From Mobula hypostoma (Eukaryota): a DNA stretch of 60,000 nt. Below the pieces are notes generated by a model. That model did not search any database. It had not been told where the DNA came from and saw nothing but the letters and a program-made list of their open reading frames with translations. Positions within the stretch are counted from its first letter, which is position 1. Each line of letters starts with the position of its first letter. This document shows positions 49,860 to 59,998 of this stretch, in pieces. The stretch covers positions 94,924,001-94,984,000 of the forward strand of contig NC_086107.1 of the NCBI RefSeq assembly GCF_963921235.1, in the 5' to 3' direction. The position numbers and the translations under genes are program-made.

Positions 49860-52503
49860 GACGTAGAGTCAGTATGGATAGAACTGAGAAATTCTAAGGG
49901 TAGAAAGACCCTAATGGGAGTTATCTACAGGCCCCCAAACGGTAGTCTGGATGTAGGGTGTATGTTGAATCAAGAGTTAAAATTGGCATGTCGCAGAGGT
50001 AATGCTACAGTTGTTATGGGGGATTTCAACATGCAGGTAGACTGGAGGAATCAGGTTGGTACTGGACCCCAAGAAAGGGAGTTTGTGGAGTCCCTCCGAG
50101 ATGGATTCAGCACAGCTTGTACTGGAGCCTACCAGAGAGAAGGCAATTCTAGATTTAGTGTTGTGCAATGAACCGGATTTGATCAGGGACCTCGAGGTAG
50201 AGGAGCCATTAGAAGGTAGTGACCATAATATGATAAGTTTTAATCTACAATTTGAGTGGGAGAAGGGAAACTCAGAAGTGTCAATACTACAGTTGAACAA
50301 AGGGAATTATGGTGCTATGAGGGAGGAGCTGGCCAAAGTTCAACAATACCCTAGCAGGGATGACAGTGGAACAGCAGTGGCAAGTGTTTCTGGGAATAAT
50401 GCGGAAGGTGCAGGATCAGTTCGTTCCAAAGAGGAAGAAAGATCCTAAGGGGAGTAAGGGGAGGTCGTGGCTGACAAGAGAAGTAATGGACAGTATAAAA
50501 ATAAAAGAGAAGAAGTATAACATAGCAAAGATGAGTGGGAAGCCGGAGGATTGGGAAACTTTTAAAGAGCAACAGAAGGTAACTGAAAAGGCAATACACC
50601 GAGAAAAAATGGGGTAAGAAGGTAAACTAGCCAAGAATATAAAGGAGGATAGTAAAAGCTTCTTTAGGTATGTGAAAAGGAAAAAAATTATTAAGACTAA
50701 AATTGGACCCTTGAAGACAGAAACGGGTGAATTTATTATGGGGAACAAGGAAATGGCAGACGAGTTGAACGGGTACTTTGAATCTGTCTTCACTAGGGAA
50801 GACACAAACAATCTCCCAGATATAATAATGGCCAAAGGACCTAGGGTAATGGATGAACTGAAGGAAATTTATATTAGGCAGGAAATGGTGTTGAATAGAC
50901 TGTTGGGTCTAAAGGCTGATAAGTCCCCGAAACCTGATGGTCTGCATCCCAGGGTACTTAAGGAGGTGGCTTTAGAAATCGTGGATGCATTGGTAATCAT
51001 TTTCCAATGCTCTATAGATTCAGGATCAGTTCCTGTGGATTGGAGGGTGGCTAATGTTGTCCCTCTTTTCAAGAAGGGAGGAAGAGAGAAAACAGGGAAT
51101 TATAGACTGGTTAGCCTGACGTCAGTGGTGGGAAAGATGGTGGAGTCAATTATAAAAGATGGAATTACGACACATCTGGATAGCAGAAACAGGATCGGTC
51201 CAAGTCAACATGGATCTACGAAGGGGAAATTGTGCTTGACTAATCTTCCAGAATTTTTTGGGGATGTAACTATGAAAATGGACAAGGGAGAGCCAGTGGA
51301 TGTAGTGTACCTGGACTTTCAGAAAGCCTTTGATAAAGTCCCACATAGGAGATTAGTGGGCAAAATTAGGGCACATGGTATTGGGGGCAGAGTACTGACA
51401 TGGATTGAAAATCGGCTGGCTGATAGAAAACAAAGAGTAGCGATTAATGGGTCCCTTTCGGAATGGGAGGCGGTGACCAGTGGGGTACCTCAGGGTTCAG
51501 TGCTGGGACCGCAGCTGTTTACAATATATATTAATGATTTAGATGAGGAAATTAAAAGTAACATTAGCAAATTTGCAGATGACACAAAGCTGGGTGGCAG
51601 TGTGAAATGTGAGGAGGATGTTATGAGAATGCAGGGTGACTTGGACAGGCTGGGTGAGTGGGCAGATGAATGGCAGATGCAGTTTAATGTGGATAAATGT
51701 GTGGTTATCCACTCTGGTGGTAAGAACAGGAAGGCAGATTATTATCTAAATGGAGTCAAGTTAGGAAAAGGGGAAGCACAACGAGATCTAGGTGTTCTTG
51801 TACGTCAGTCACTGAAAGCAAGCATGCAAATACAGCAGGCAGTGAAGAAAGCTAATGGCATGCTGGCCTTCATAACAAGGGGAATTGAGTATAAGAGCAA
51901 AGAGGTCCTTCTGCAGCTGTACAGGGCCCTGGTGAGACCACACCTGGAGTACTGTGTGCAGTTTTGGTCTCCAAATTTGAGGAACGACATTCTTGCTATT
52001 GAGGAAGTACAGCATAGGTTCACAAGGCTAATTCCCGGGATGGCAGGACTGTCATATGTCAAAAGATTGGAGCGACTGGGCTTGTATACTCAGGAATTTA
52101 CAAGGCTGAGAGGTGATCTTATTGAAACATATAAGATTATTAAGGGATTGGACACACTGGAGGCGGGAAGCATGTTCCAGCTGATGGGTGAGTCCAGAAC
52201 CAGAGGCCACAGTTTAAGAATAAGGGGTAGGCCATTTAGAACGGAGTCGAGGAAAAACTTTTTCACCCAGAGAGTGGTGGATATGTGGAATGCTCTGCCC
52301 CAGAAGGCTGTGGAGGCCAAGTCTCTGGATGCTTTCAAGAAAGAGATGGATAGAGCTCTTAAAGATAGTGGAATCAAAGGTTATGGGGATAAGGCGGGAA
52401 CTGGATACTGATTGTGGATGATCAGCCATGATCACAGTGAATGGCAGTGCTGGCTGGACGGGCCCAAATGGCCTACTCCTGCACCTATTGTCTATTGTCT
52501 ATT
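49860..52503 (+). mobile_element. Young 5'-truncated CR1 LINE: disrupted endonuclease region + uninterrupted 579-aa RT/C-terminal ORF (50672-52411)
   Basis: GVIYRPPN, GDFN and GSDHN endonuclease motifs; RT motifs LDFQKAFDKVPH, GVPQGSVLGP, FADDTK, RPHLEYC; 3' tail (ctattgt)n at 52484-52503; stop at 50615-50617 and frameshifts upstream. Confidence 0.97.
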
Positions 52504-53433
52504 CTTGTAATTTATAGATTTTTATTCAATATACCGCTGCCTCAAAACAACAAATTTCACAATGTATGCCAGTGATATTAAACCTAATTCCGATTCTAAT
52601 TCTGGTTTGAGTTCGAGAGCTGCAAGGTCTTGTTGGAGCTCCATAAGACTCTGGTTAGACCACACTTAAAATAATCGTGTTCAGCTTCAATATAGGAAGG
52701 ATGAGGACACTTTAGAGAAGATTCAGACAAGATTTACCAGGATGCTGCCTGGATTAAAGAGCGTGGCTTACGAGGATAGGTTGAGTGAGCTCAGGCTTTT
52801 CTCCTTCGAGCAAAGGACGATAAGAGGTGATTCGATAGAGGTGTATAAGATGACAAAAGGTATACTGTAGATCACCAGAGACACAAGAAAATCCAGTGAA
52901 GGGTCTCGGCCCGAAACATCGATTGTGTACTCTTTTCCATAGATGCTGCCTGGCCTGCTGAGTTCCTCCAGTATTTTGTGTGCATTGCTACAGTAACCAG
53001 AAACCTTTTCCAAGGGTGGAAATGGCTAATACAAGGGGGCATTATTTCAAGGAGGAAAGTACAGTGTGTATGTCGGAGGTAAGTTCTTTACACAGAGAGT
53101 AGTGGGTGCATTGAACATGCTGCCGGGGTGGTAGAGGTAGATAACTTAGGAACATTTAACTAACTTTTGGATAGGCACATGGATGGTAGAAAAGTTGGGT
53201 TGGGGGGTATATAGGAGGGAAGTGTTAGATTGATCTTAAAGTAGGTTAAAAAGTCAACACAACATTGTGGGCTGTATTGTAAATTCGATGTTCTGTGTTT
53301 ATACTATCTGTGGCTCTGATAGTTCTAGATCAAGAGGTACAGGAACAGAATCACATCTTCTTTAAAGTTTACCCCACTCACTTTAAACAAATGTCCTCTA
53401 GACATCTCTACCCTGAGAGAAACATTCTGACTC

Positions 53434-53722
53434 GGAACAGAGGGACCTTGGCATATGAGGATAGGACACACACACATTGAATAGTGGGGAGTGTCGAGGA
53501 GCAGAGGGACCTCAGCGTTCAAGAATAGGACACACACTGTAAATGGTGGAAAATGTTGAGTGGTCAGAGGAACCTCAGTGTACAAGGGTAGGACACACCG
53601 TGAATGGTGGGGAATATTGAGAAAGAGAGGAACCTCGGTGTACGAGAGTAGGACACACACCGTGAATGGTGGGGTGGGTGTATTGAGGAACAGAGGGAAC
53701 TCGGTGTACAAGGGTCAGAGAC
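53434..53722 (+). repeat. Minisatellite, ~4.5 copies of a 60-66 bp unit resembling a CR1 RT segment
   Basis: Recurring cagagg(g/a)acctc.gtgtacaagggtaggacacac(ac)cgtgaatggtgggg; similar to the CR1 region encoding YTVNG...EQRDLG (compare 17600-17670). Confidence 0.7.
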
Positions 53723-53840
53723 ACCCTACAATCATAGTGAGGACAGTTTACTGAGTGTAGACTGACCCCTTTTCCTCAGATCCCTCCCTTTCTGTGTGCA
53801 GATAAGAATATGAAGACACAGCCGGCTAGGTGGACAATCG

Positions 53841-53846
53841 TTTAAT
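53841..53846 (-). terminator. Candidate polyA signal (ATTAAA) of the repeat-protein gene
   Basis: cttacATTAAAcgattgtcc about 95 nt after the stop, followed by a GT/T-rich tract (ctgtgtcttcatattctt). Confidence 0.5.
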
Positions 53847-53938
53847 GTAAGAGGAAGGGGGTGTGGGGATGAGGAGGAGATGTGGAGGGGGGGTGGGGTC
53901 AAGGTTCCCAAGATGAGTCCCTTCACTGCCAGGCAGGG

Positions 53939-56900
53939 TCAGCGTGGGGCTCCCTGTGCCCGGAGCCCCCTCTGTTTCAGGAGGTCTCGGGCCCTCCCTA
54001 CCCCTGCAAAATAGAGGGTTGCCCAGAAGTGCCTGTCATCCTGGGGGACCCGCATCAGCTCGCTGTCTGTCACTTCCCTCCGTTGCCCCCGACCCATCTG
54101 CGGGTGGAGGATGCCAAAGAGAACATCCTCAGGGTCCGGGGGCAAACGGGGCACCTGTCTCTGTGGGTCCTCTGTGCCTGTCACCAGCACCTGTTCCCTT
54201 GTAGGTTCTTTGCTTGTGGTGATGGCCTCTGCATTGTAAACATCTCTGCCCATAGCCACACCTTCTTTGGTTAGAGACTCTTTGCCTGTAGCTGAAACCT
54301 GTTCATAAGATGGTTCTTTGCCTGTAGTGAGAATTTTTGCATAATAGATGTCTTCACTTGTAGGCAGTGATAGTTCATCAGGGGAATCTCTGCCTGTAGC
54401 TGTATCCTGTCCAGTTAGAAACTTTTCACCTGTAAATACACCCTGTTTGGTATCAGATTCTTTGCTTGCAGCTGAAGTCCATTCATAAGGCAATTCTTTG
54501 CTTGTAGCTACATCCTGTTCAATTATAAACTCTTTACCTGTAGCTTGAGCCTGTTCATAAGGGGATTCTTTGCCTGCAGATGCATCCAGATGATTTAGAA
54601 ACTCTTCACCTGTAACTGTACTTTGTTCAGAAGTGGAGTCTCCATGTGTAGCCACATCATGTTCATTCAGAGATTCTTCGCCTGTAGATGATGCCTGTTC
54701 ATAAGTCAAGTCTCCACTTTTAGCCACATCTTGTTCAGTTAGAGACTCTTTGCTTGTAACTGTAGTTTGTTCATAAGTGGATTCTCCACCTGTAGCTACA
54801 TCCTGTTCCATTAGAGTCTCTTCACCTGCAGCTGATGTCTGTTCATTAGTAGAGTCTCCACCTGTATCTGCATCCATGTTAATTAGAGACTCTTTGCCTG
54901 TAGTTGATGCCTGTTCATAAGTCAAGTCTTCACCTGTAGCTAGTGTCTGTTCATAAATGGAGTCTCCACCTGTAGCTACATCCTGTTCAGTTAAAGCCTC
55001 TTCGGCTGTAGCCGATGCCTGTTCATAAATGGAGTCTCCACCTGTAGCTACATCCTGTTCAGTTAAAGCCTCTTCGGCTGTAGCCGATGCCTGTTCATAA
55101 ATGGAGTCTCCACCTGTAGCTTTATCCTGTTCAGTTAGAGATCCTTCACCTGAAACTGTAGTTTGTTCATAAGTGGATTCTCCTTCTGCAGCTAGTGTCT
55201 GTTCATAAATTGAGTCTTCACCTGTAGCTACATCCTGTTCAGTTAAAGCCTCTTCGGCTGTAGCCGATGCCTGTTCATAAATGGAGTCTCCACCTGTAGC
55301 TTTATCCTGTTCAGTTAGAGATCCTTCACCTGAAACTGTAGTTTGTTCATAAGTGGATTCTCCTTCTGCAGCTAGTGTCTGTTCATAAATTGAGTCTTCA
55401 CCTGTAGCTACATCCTGTTCAGTTAGAGACTCTTCAGCTGTAGCTGATGCCTGATCATAAGTCAAATCTCCACCTGTAGCTAGTGTCTGTTCATAAATGG
55501 AGTCTCCACCTATAGCTACATCCTGTTCAGTTAGAGACTCTTCGGCTGCAGCTGATACCTGTTCATAAGTGGAGTCTCCACCTGTAGCTTTATCCTGCTC
55601 AGTTAGAGATTCTTCATCTGTAACTGTAGTTTGTTCATCAGTGGATTCTCCACCTGCAGCTAGTGTCTGTTCATAAATGGAGTCTCCACCTGTAGCTACA
55701 TCCTGTTCAGTTAGAGACTCTTCACCTGTAGCTGATGCCTGATCATAAGTCAAATCTCCACCCCTAGCTTTATCCTGTTCAGTTAGAGATTCTTCACCTA
55801 TAACTGCAGTTTGTCCATAAGTGGATTCTCCATCTGTAGCTAGTGTCTGTTCATAAGTGGAGTCTCCACCTGTAGCTATATCATGTCCAATTAGAAGCTC
55901 TTCACCTGTAGCTGCTGGCTGTTCATAAGTGGATTCTCCACCTGTAGCTGCATCCTGTTCAGTTACAGACTCTTTGACTGTTGTTGCTGCCTGTTCATAA
56001 GTGGAGTCTCCACCTGTAGCTACATCCTGTTCAGTTAGAGTCTCTTCTACAGTTGCTGATAGCTGTTCGTAAGTGTATTCTCCACCTGTAGCTACATCCT
56101 GTTCTGTTAGAGACTCTTCACTTGTAGCGAGTGTCTGTTCATAAGTGTATTCTCCACCTGTGTCCACAATCTGTTCAGTTAGAGATGCTTCACCTGTATC
56201 AGAAGCCAGCTCATTAAGAGATTCTTCACCTGTTTTAATATCCTGTTCAGTTAGAGACTCTTTGCCTGTACCTAAAACCTGTCCATATGAGGAATTTTCA
56301 CCTATAGTCAGGATCTCTGCATAATCAGTTTCCTTGCCTGTAAGTGTTGATTGTTCATAAAGGGAATTTCCAGCTGGAGCTGGAGGCTGTTCAGTTGGAG
56401 ATTCCCCACCTGAGGTCAGGTCCTTTTCATCTGAGGATTCTTTGCTTGTAGTCAGAATCTCTGCATAAAAAGCACCTTTGTCTGTGGTCAGGGCCTGTTC
56501 ACTTGTGGAAATTTCACCAGTAGCTAGAGCCTGTTTATATGGGAATTCTTCACCTGCATAACTGAAATCTTCATCTGCAGTCAGGGCCTGTTCAGATGGA
56601 GGTTCTCCACCAGAATTCTGGATCTCTGCGTAAGATGTGTCTTCACCTATACTCAGAGTCTGTTCACCTGTGGGTTCTTCACCTGAATATATTGTCTGTT
56701 CTTCTGTAAATTCTTCACTTGAAGGTATGGCCTGTTCATCTACAAATTCATCGCCTGAAGATATGGCCTGTCCACCTTTAAGTTCTTCACTTGGAAATAT
56801 GGCCTGTTTGCCTATAGATCCTTCACCTGAAAATATGGTCTGTTCACCTGTGGGTTCTTCACCTGAAGATATGGTCTGTTCAACTGTTGATCCTGCACCT

Positions 56901-59900
56901 GAAGATATGGTTTGTTCAACTGTTGATCCTTCATCTGAAGATATGGTTTGTTCATGTATGTTGATAGATTCATCACCTGAAGATCCATCATGTTCATCTG
57001 TGTATTCTTCACCTGAAGATATGGCCTGTTCACCTGTAAGTTCTTCACCTGAAGATACATCATGTTCACCTATAGGTCCTTCACCTGAAGATGTGTTCTG
57101 TTCACCTGTAGGTTCTTCACCTGAAGATATGGTCTGTTCAACTGTTGATCCTTCACCTGAAGATATAGTCTGTTCAACTGTGGGTTCCTCAACTGAAGAT
57201 ATGGTCTGTTCAACTGTTGATCCTTCATCTGAAGATATGGTCTGTTCTCCTGTAGATTCTCCACCTGAAGATAAGGTCTGTTCACCTGTAGGTTCTTCAC
57301 CTGAAGATATGGTCTGTTCACCTGTGGGTTCTTCACCTGAAGATATGGTCTGTTCACCTGTGGGTTCTTCACCCAAAGATATGGTCTGTTCACCTGTGGG
57401 TTCTTCACCCAAAGGTATGGTCTGTTCTCCTGTGGGTTCTTCACCTGAAGATATGTTCTGTTCAACTGTTGATCCTTCATCTGAAGATATGGTTTGTTCA
57501 TGTATGTTGGTAGATTCATCACTTGAGGATCTATCATGTTCATCTGTGTATTCTTCACCCGAAGATATGGCCTGTTCACCTGTAGGTTCTTCACCTGAAG
57601 ATACATCATGTTCGGCTATAGGTCCTTCTCCTGAAGATATGGTCTGTTCACCTGTGGGTTCTTCACCTGAAGATATGGTCTGTTCAACTGTCGATCCTTC
57701 ATCTGAAGATATGGTCTGTTCACCTGTAGGTTCTTCACCTGAAGATATGGTCTGTTCACCTGTAGGTTCTTCACCCGAAGATATGGTCTGTTCACCTGTA
57801 GGTTCTTCACCTGAAGATAGGGTATGTTTACCTGTAGGTTCTTCACCTGAAGATATGGTCTGTTCACCTGTAGGTTCTTCACCTGAAGATATGGTCTGTT
57901 CAACTGTCAATCCTTCAGCTGAAGATATGGTCTGTTCACCTCTAGGTTCTTCACCTGAAGATATGGTCTGTTCAACTGTCGATCCTTCACCTGAAGTTAT
58001 GGTTTGTTCAACTGTCGATCCTTCATCTGACGATATGGTCTGTTCTCCTGTAGATTCTACACCTGAAGATATGGTCTGTTCACCTGTAGGTTCTTCACCT
58101 GTAGATATGATCTGTTCAATTGTTGATCCTTCAGCTGAAGATATGTTCTGTTCAACTGTCGATCCTTCACCTGAAGATATGGTCTGTTCATGTTTGCTGG
58201 TAGATTCATCACCTGAAGATCCATCATGTTCATCTGTGTATTCTTCACCTAAAGATATGGCCTGTTCACCTGTGGATACTTCACCTGAAGATATGGTCTG
58301 TTCACCTGTGGGTTCTTCACCCAAAGATATGGTCTGTTCACCTGTGGGTTCTTCACCTGAAGATATGGTCTGTTCAACTGTCGATCCTTCACCTGAAGAT
58401 ATGGTCTGTTCATCTGTGGGCTCTTCATCTGAAGATATGGTCTGTTCAACTGTCAATCCCTCACCTGAAGATATGGTCTGTTCAACTGTCGATCCTTCAC
58501 CTGAAGATATGGTCTGTTCAACTGTCGATCCTACACCTGAAGATATAGTCTGTTCAACTGTCGATCCTTCACCTGAAGATATGTGTTGTTCTCCTGTAGA
58601 TTCTCCACCTGAAGATACGGTCTGTTCACCTGTAGGTTCTTCACCTGAAGATATGGTTTGTTCAACTGTCGATCCTTCAGCTGAAGATAGGGTATGTTCA
58701 CCTGTAGGTTCTTCACCTGAAGATATGGTCTGTTCACCTGTGGGTTCTTCACCTGAAGATATGGTCTGTTCAACTGTCGATCCTACACCTGAAGATATGG
58801 TCTGTTCAACTGTCGATCCTTCACCTGAAGATATAGTTTGTTCCACCGTCGATCCTTCACCTGAAGATATGGTCTGTTCTCCTGTAGATTCTCCACCTGA
58901 AGATATGGTCTGTTCACCTGTAGATTCTTCACCTGAAGATATGGTCTGTTCACCTGTAGGTTCTTCACCTGAAGATATGGTCTGTTCAACTGTCGATCCT
59001 TCAGCTGAAGATAGGGTCTGTTCACCTGTAGGTTCTTCACCTGAAGATATGGTTTGTTCAACTGTCGATCCTTCATCTGACGATATGGTCTGTTCTCCTG
59101 TAGATTCTACACCTGAAGATATGGTCTGTTCACCTGTAGGTTCTTCAACTGAAGATATGATCTGTTCAACTGTTGATCCTTCAGCTGAAGATATGTTCTG
59201 TTCAACTGTCGATCCTTCACCTGAAGATATTGTCTGTTCATGTTTGCTGGTAGATTCATCACCTGAAGATATGGTCTGTTCACCTGTGGGTTCTTCACCC
59301 AAAGATATGGTCTGTTCACCTGTGGGTTCTTCACCTGAAGATATGGTCTGTTCAATTGTCGATCCTTCACCTGAAGATATAGTTTGTTCAACTGTTGATC
59401 CTTCACTTGAATATGTGGTCTGTTGAACTGTCAATCCCTCACCTGAAGATATGGTCTGTTCAACTGTCGATCCTTCATCAGAAGATATGGTCTGTTCACC
59501 TGTAGGTTCTTCACCTGAAGATATGGTCTGTTCAACTGTTGATCCTTCACCTGAAGATATGGTCTGTTCAACTGTTGATTCTACACCTGAAGATATAGTC
59601 TGTTCAACTGTCGATCCTTCACCTGAAGATATGTGTTGTTCTCCTGTAGATTCTCCACCTGAAGATACGGTCTGTTCACCTGTAGGTTCTTCATCTGAAG
59701 ATACAGTCTGTTCACCTGAAGATATGGTTTGTTCAACTGTCGATCCTTCAGCTGAAGATAGGGTATGTTCACCTGTAGGTTCTTCACCTGAATGTATGGT
59801 CTGTTCACCTGTAGGTTCTTCATCTGAAGATAGGGTCTGTTCACCTGTAGGTTCTTCATCTGAAGATATGGTCTGTTCACCTGTAGGTTCTTCACCTGAA

Positions 59901-59998
59901 GATATGGTCTGTTCACCTGTAGGTTCTTCACCTGAAGATATGCTCTGTTCAACTGTCGATCCTTCACCTGAAGATATGGTTTGTTCAACTGTCGATCC
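53939..59998 (-). CDS. 3' part of an unidentified giant acidic 12-aa tandem-repeat protein (N-terminus outside window)
   Basis: The 1831-aa track ORF starts at a TTG; the same frame appears stop-free to the window edge (~2,020 codons). The frame stays open through strongly diverged repeats and a unique ~75-aa C-terminus while the other frames close. TGA at 53939-53941. Confidence 0.85.
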   Translation of the reverse strand, partial: GSTVEQTISSGEGSTVEQSISSGEEPTGEQTISSGEEPTGEQTISSDEEPTGEQTLSSDEEPTGEQTIHSGEEPTGEHTLSSAEGSTVEQTISSGEQTVSSDEEPTGEQTVSSGGESTGEQHISSGEGSTVEQTISSGVESTVEQTISSGEGSTVEQTISSGEEPTGEQTISSDEGSTVEQTISSGEGLTVQQTTYSSEGSTVEQTISSGEGSTIEQTISSGEEPTGEQTISLGEEPTGEQTISSGDESTSKHEQTISSGEGSTVEQNISSAEGSTVEQIISSVEEPTGEQTISSGVESTGEQTISSDEGSTVEQTISSGEEPTGEQTLSSAEGSTVEQTISSGEEPTGEQTISSGEESTGEQTISSGGESTGEQTISSGEGSTVEQTISSGEGSTVEQTISSGVGSTVEQTISSGEEPTGEQTISSGEEPTGEHTLSSAEGSTVEQTISSGEEPTGEQTVSSGGESTGEQHISSGEGSTVEQTISSGVGSTVEQTISSGEGSTVEQTISSGEGLTVEQTISSDEEPTDEQTISSGEGSTVEQTISSGEEPTGEQTISLGEEPTGEQTISSGEVSTGEQAISLGEEYTDEHDGSSGDESTSKHEQTISSGEGSTVEQNISSAEGSTIEQIISTGEEPTGEQTISSGVESTGEQTISSDEGSTVEQTITSGEGSTVEQTISSGEEPRGEQTISSAEGLTVEQTISSGEEPTGEQTISSGEEPTGKHTLSSGEEPTGEQTISSGEEPTGEQTISSGEEPTGEQTISSDEGSTVEQTISSGEEPTGEQTISSGEGPIAEHDVSSGEEPTGEQAISSGEEYTDEHDRSSSDESTNIHEQTISSDEGSTVEQNISSGEEPTGEQTIPLGEEPTGEQTISLGEEPTGEQTISSGEEPTGEQTISSGEEPTGEQTLSSGGESTGEQTISSDEGSTVEQTISSVEEPTVEQTISSGEGSTVEQTISSGEEPTGEQNTSSGEGPIGEHDVSSGEELTGEQAISSGEEYTDEHDGSSGDESINIHEQTISSDEGSTVEQTISSGAGSTVEQTISSGEEPTGEQTIFSGEGSIGKQAIFPSEELKGGQAISSGDEFVDEQAIPSSEEFTEEQTIYSGEEPTGEQTLSIGEDTSYAEIQNSGGEPPSEQALTADEDFSYAGEEFPYKQALATGEISTSEQALTTDKGAFYAEILTTSKESSDEKDLTSGGESPTEQPPAPAGNSLYEQSTLTGKETDYAEILTIGENSSYGQVLGTGKESLTEQDIKTGEESLNELASDTGEASLTEQIVDTGGEYTYEQTLATSEESLTEQDVATGGEYTYEQLSATVEETLTEQDVATGGDSTYEQAATTVKESVTEQDAATGGESTYEQPAATGEELLIGHDIATGGDSTYEQTLATDGESTYGQTAVIGEESLTEQDKARGGDLTYDQASATGEESLTEQDVATGGDSIYEQTLAAGGESTDEQTTVTDEESLTEQDKATGGDSTYEQVSAAAEESLTEQDVAIGGDSIYEQTLATGGDLTYDQASATAEESLTEQDVATGEDSIYEQTLAAEGESTYEQTTVSGEGSLTEQDKATGGDSIYEQASATAEEALTEQDVATGEDSIYEQTLAAEGESTYEQTTVSGEGSLTEQDKATGGDSIYEQASATAEEALTEQDVATGGDSIYEQASATAEEALTEQDVATGGDSIYEQTLATGEDLTYEQASTTGKESLINMDADTGGDSTNEQTSAAGEETLMEQDVATGGESTYEQTTVTSKESLTEQDVAKSGDLTYEQASSTGEESLNEHDVATHGDSTSEQSTVTGEEFLNHLDASAGKESPYEQAQATGKEFIIEQDVATSKELPYEWTSAASKESDTKQGVFTGEKFLTGQDTATGRDSPDELSLPTSEDIYYAKILTTGKEPSYEQVSATGKESLTKEGVAMGRDVYNAEAITTSKEPTREQVLVTGTEDPQRQVPRLPPDPEDVLFGILHPQMGRGQRREVTDSELMRVPQDDRHFWATLYFAGVGRARDLLKQRGLRAQGAPR

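Noticed and set aside
50672..52411. Host gene or autonomous LINE
   Set aside because: CR1 RT with 5' truncation, disrupted endonuclease and no ORF1.
56637..59426. 929-aa Cys-rich plus-strand ORF (CSPVGSSPEDMV)n
   Set aside because: Antisense shadow of the repeat; it closes where units diverge, while the minus frame stays open into unique sequence and a polyA signal.
56812..59988. Series of minus-strand MNRPYLQVK ORFs
   Set aside because: Alternative frame of the same repeat, repeatedly broken by stops.
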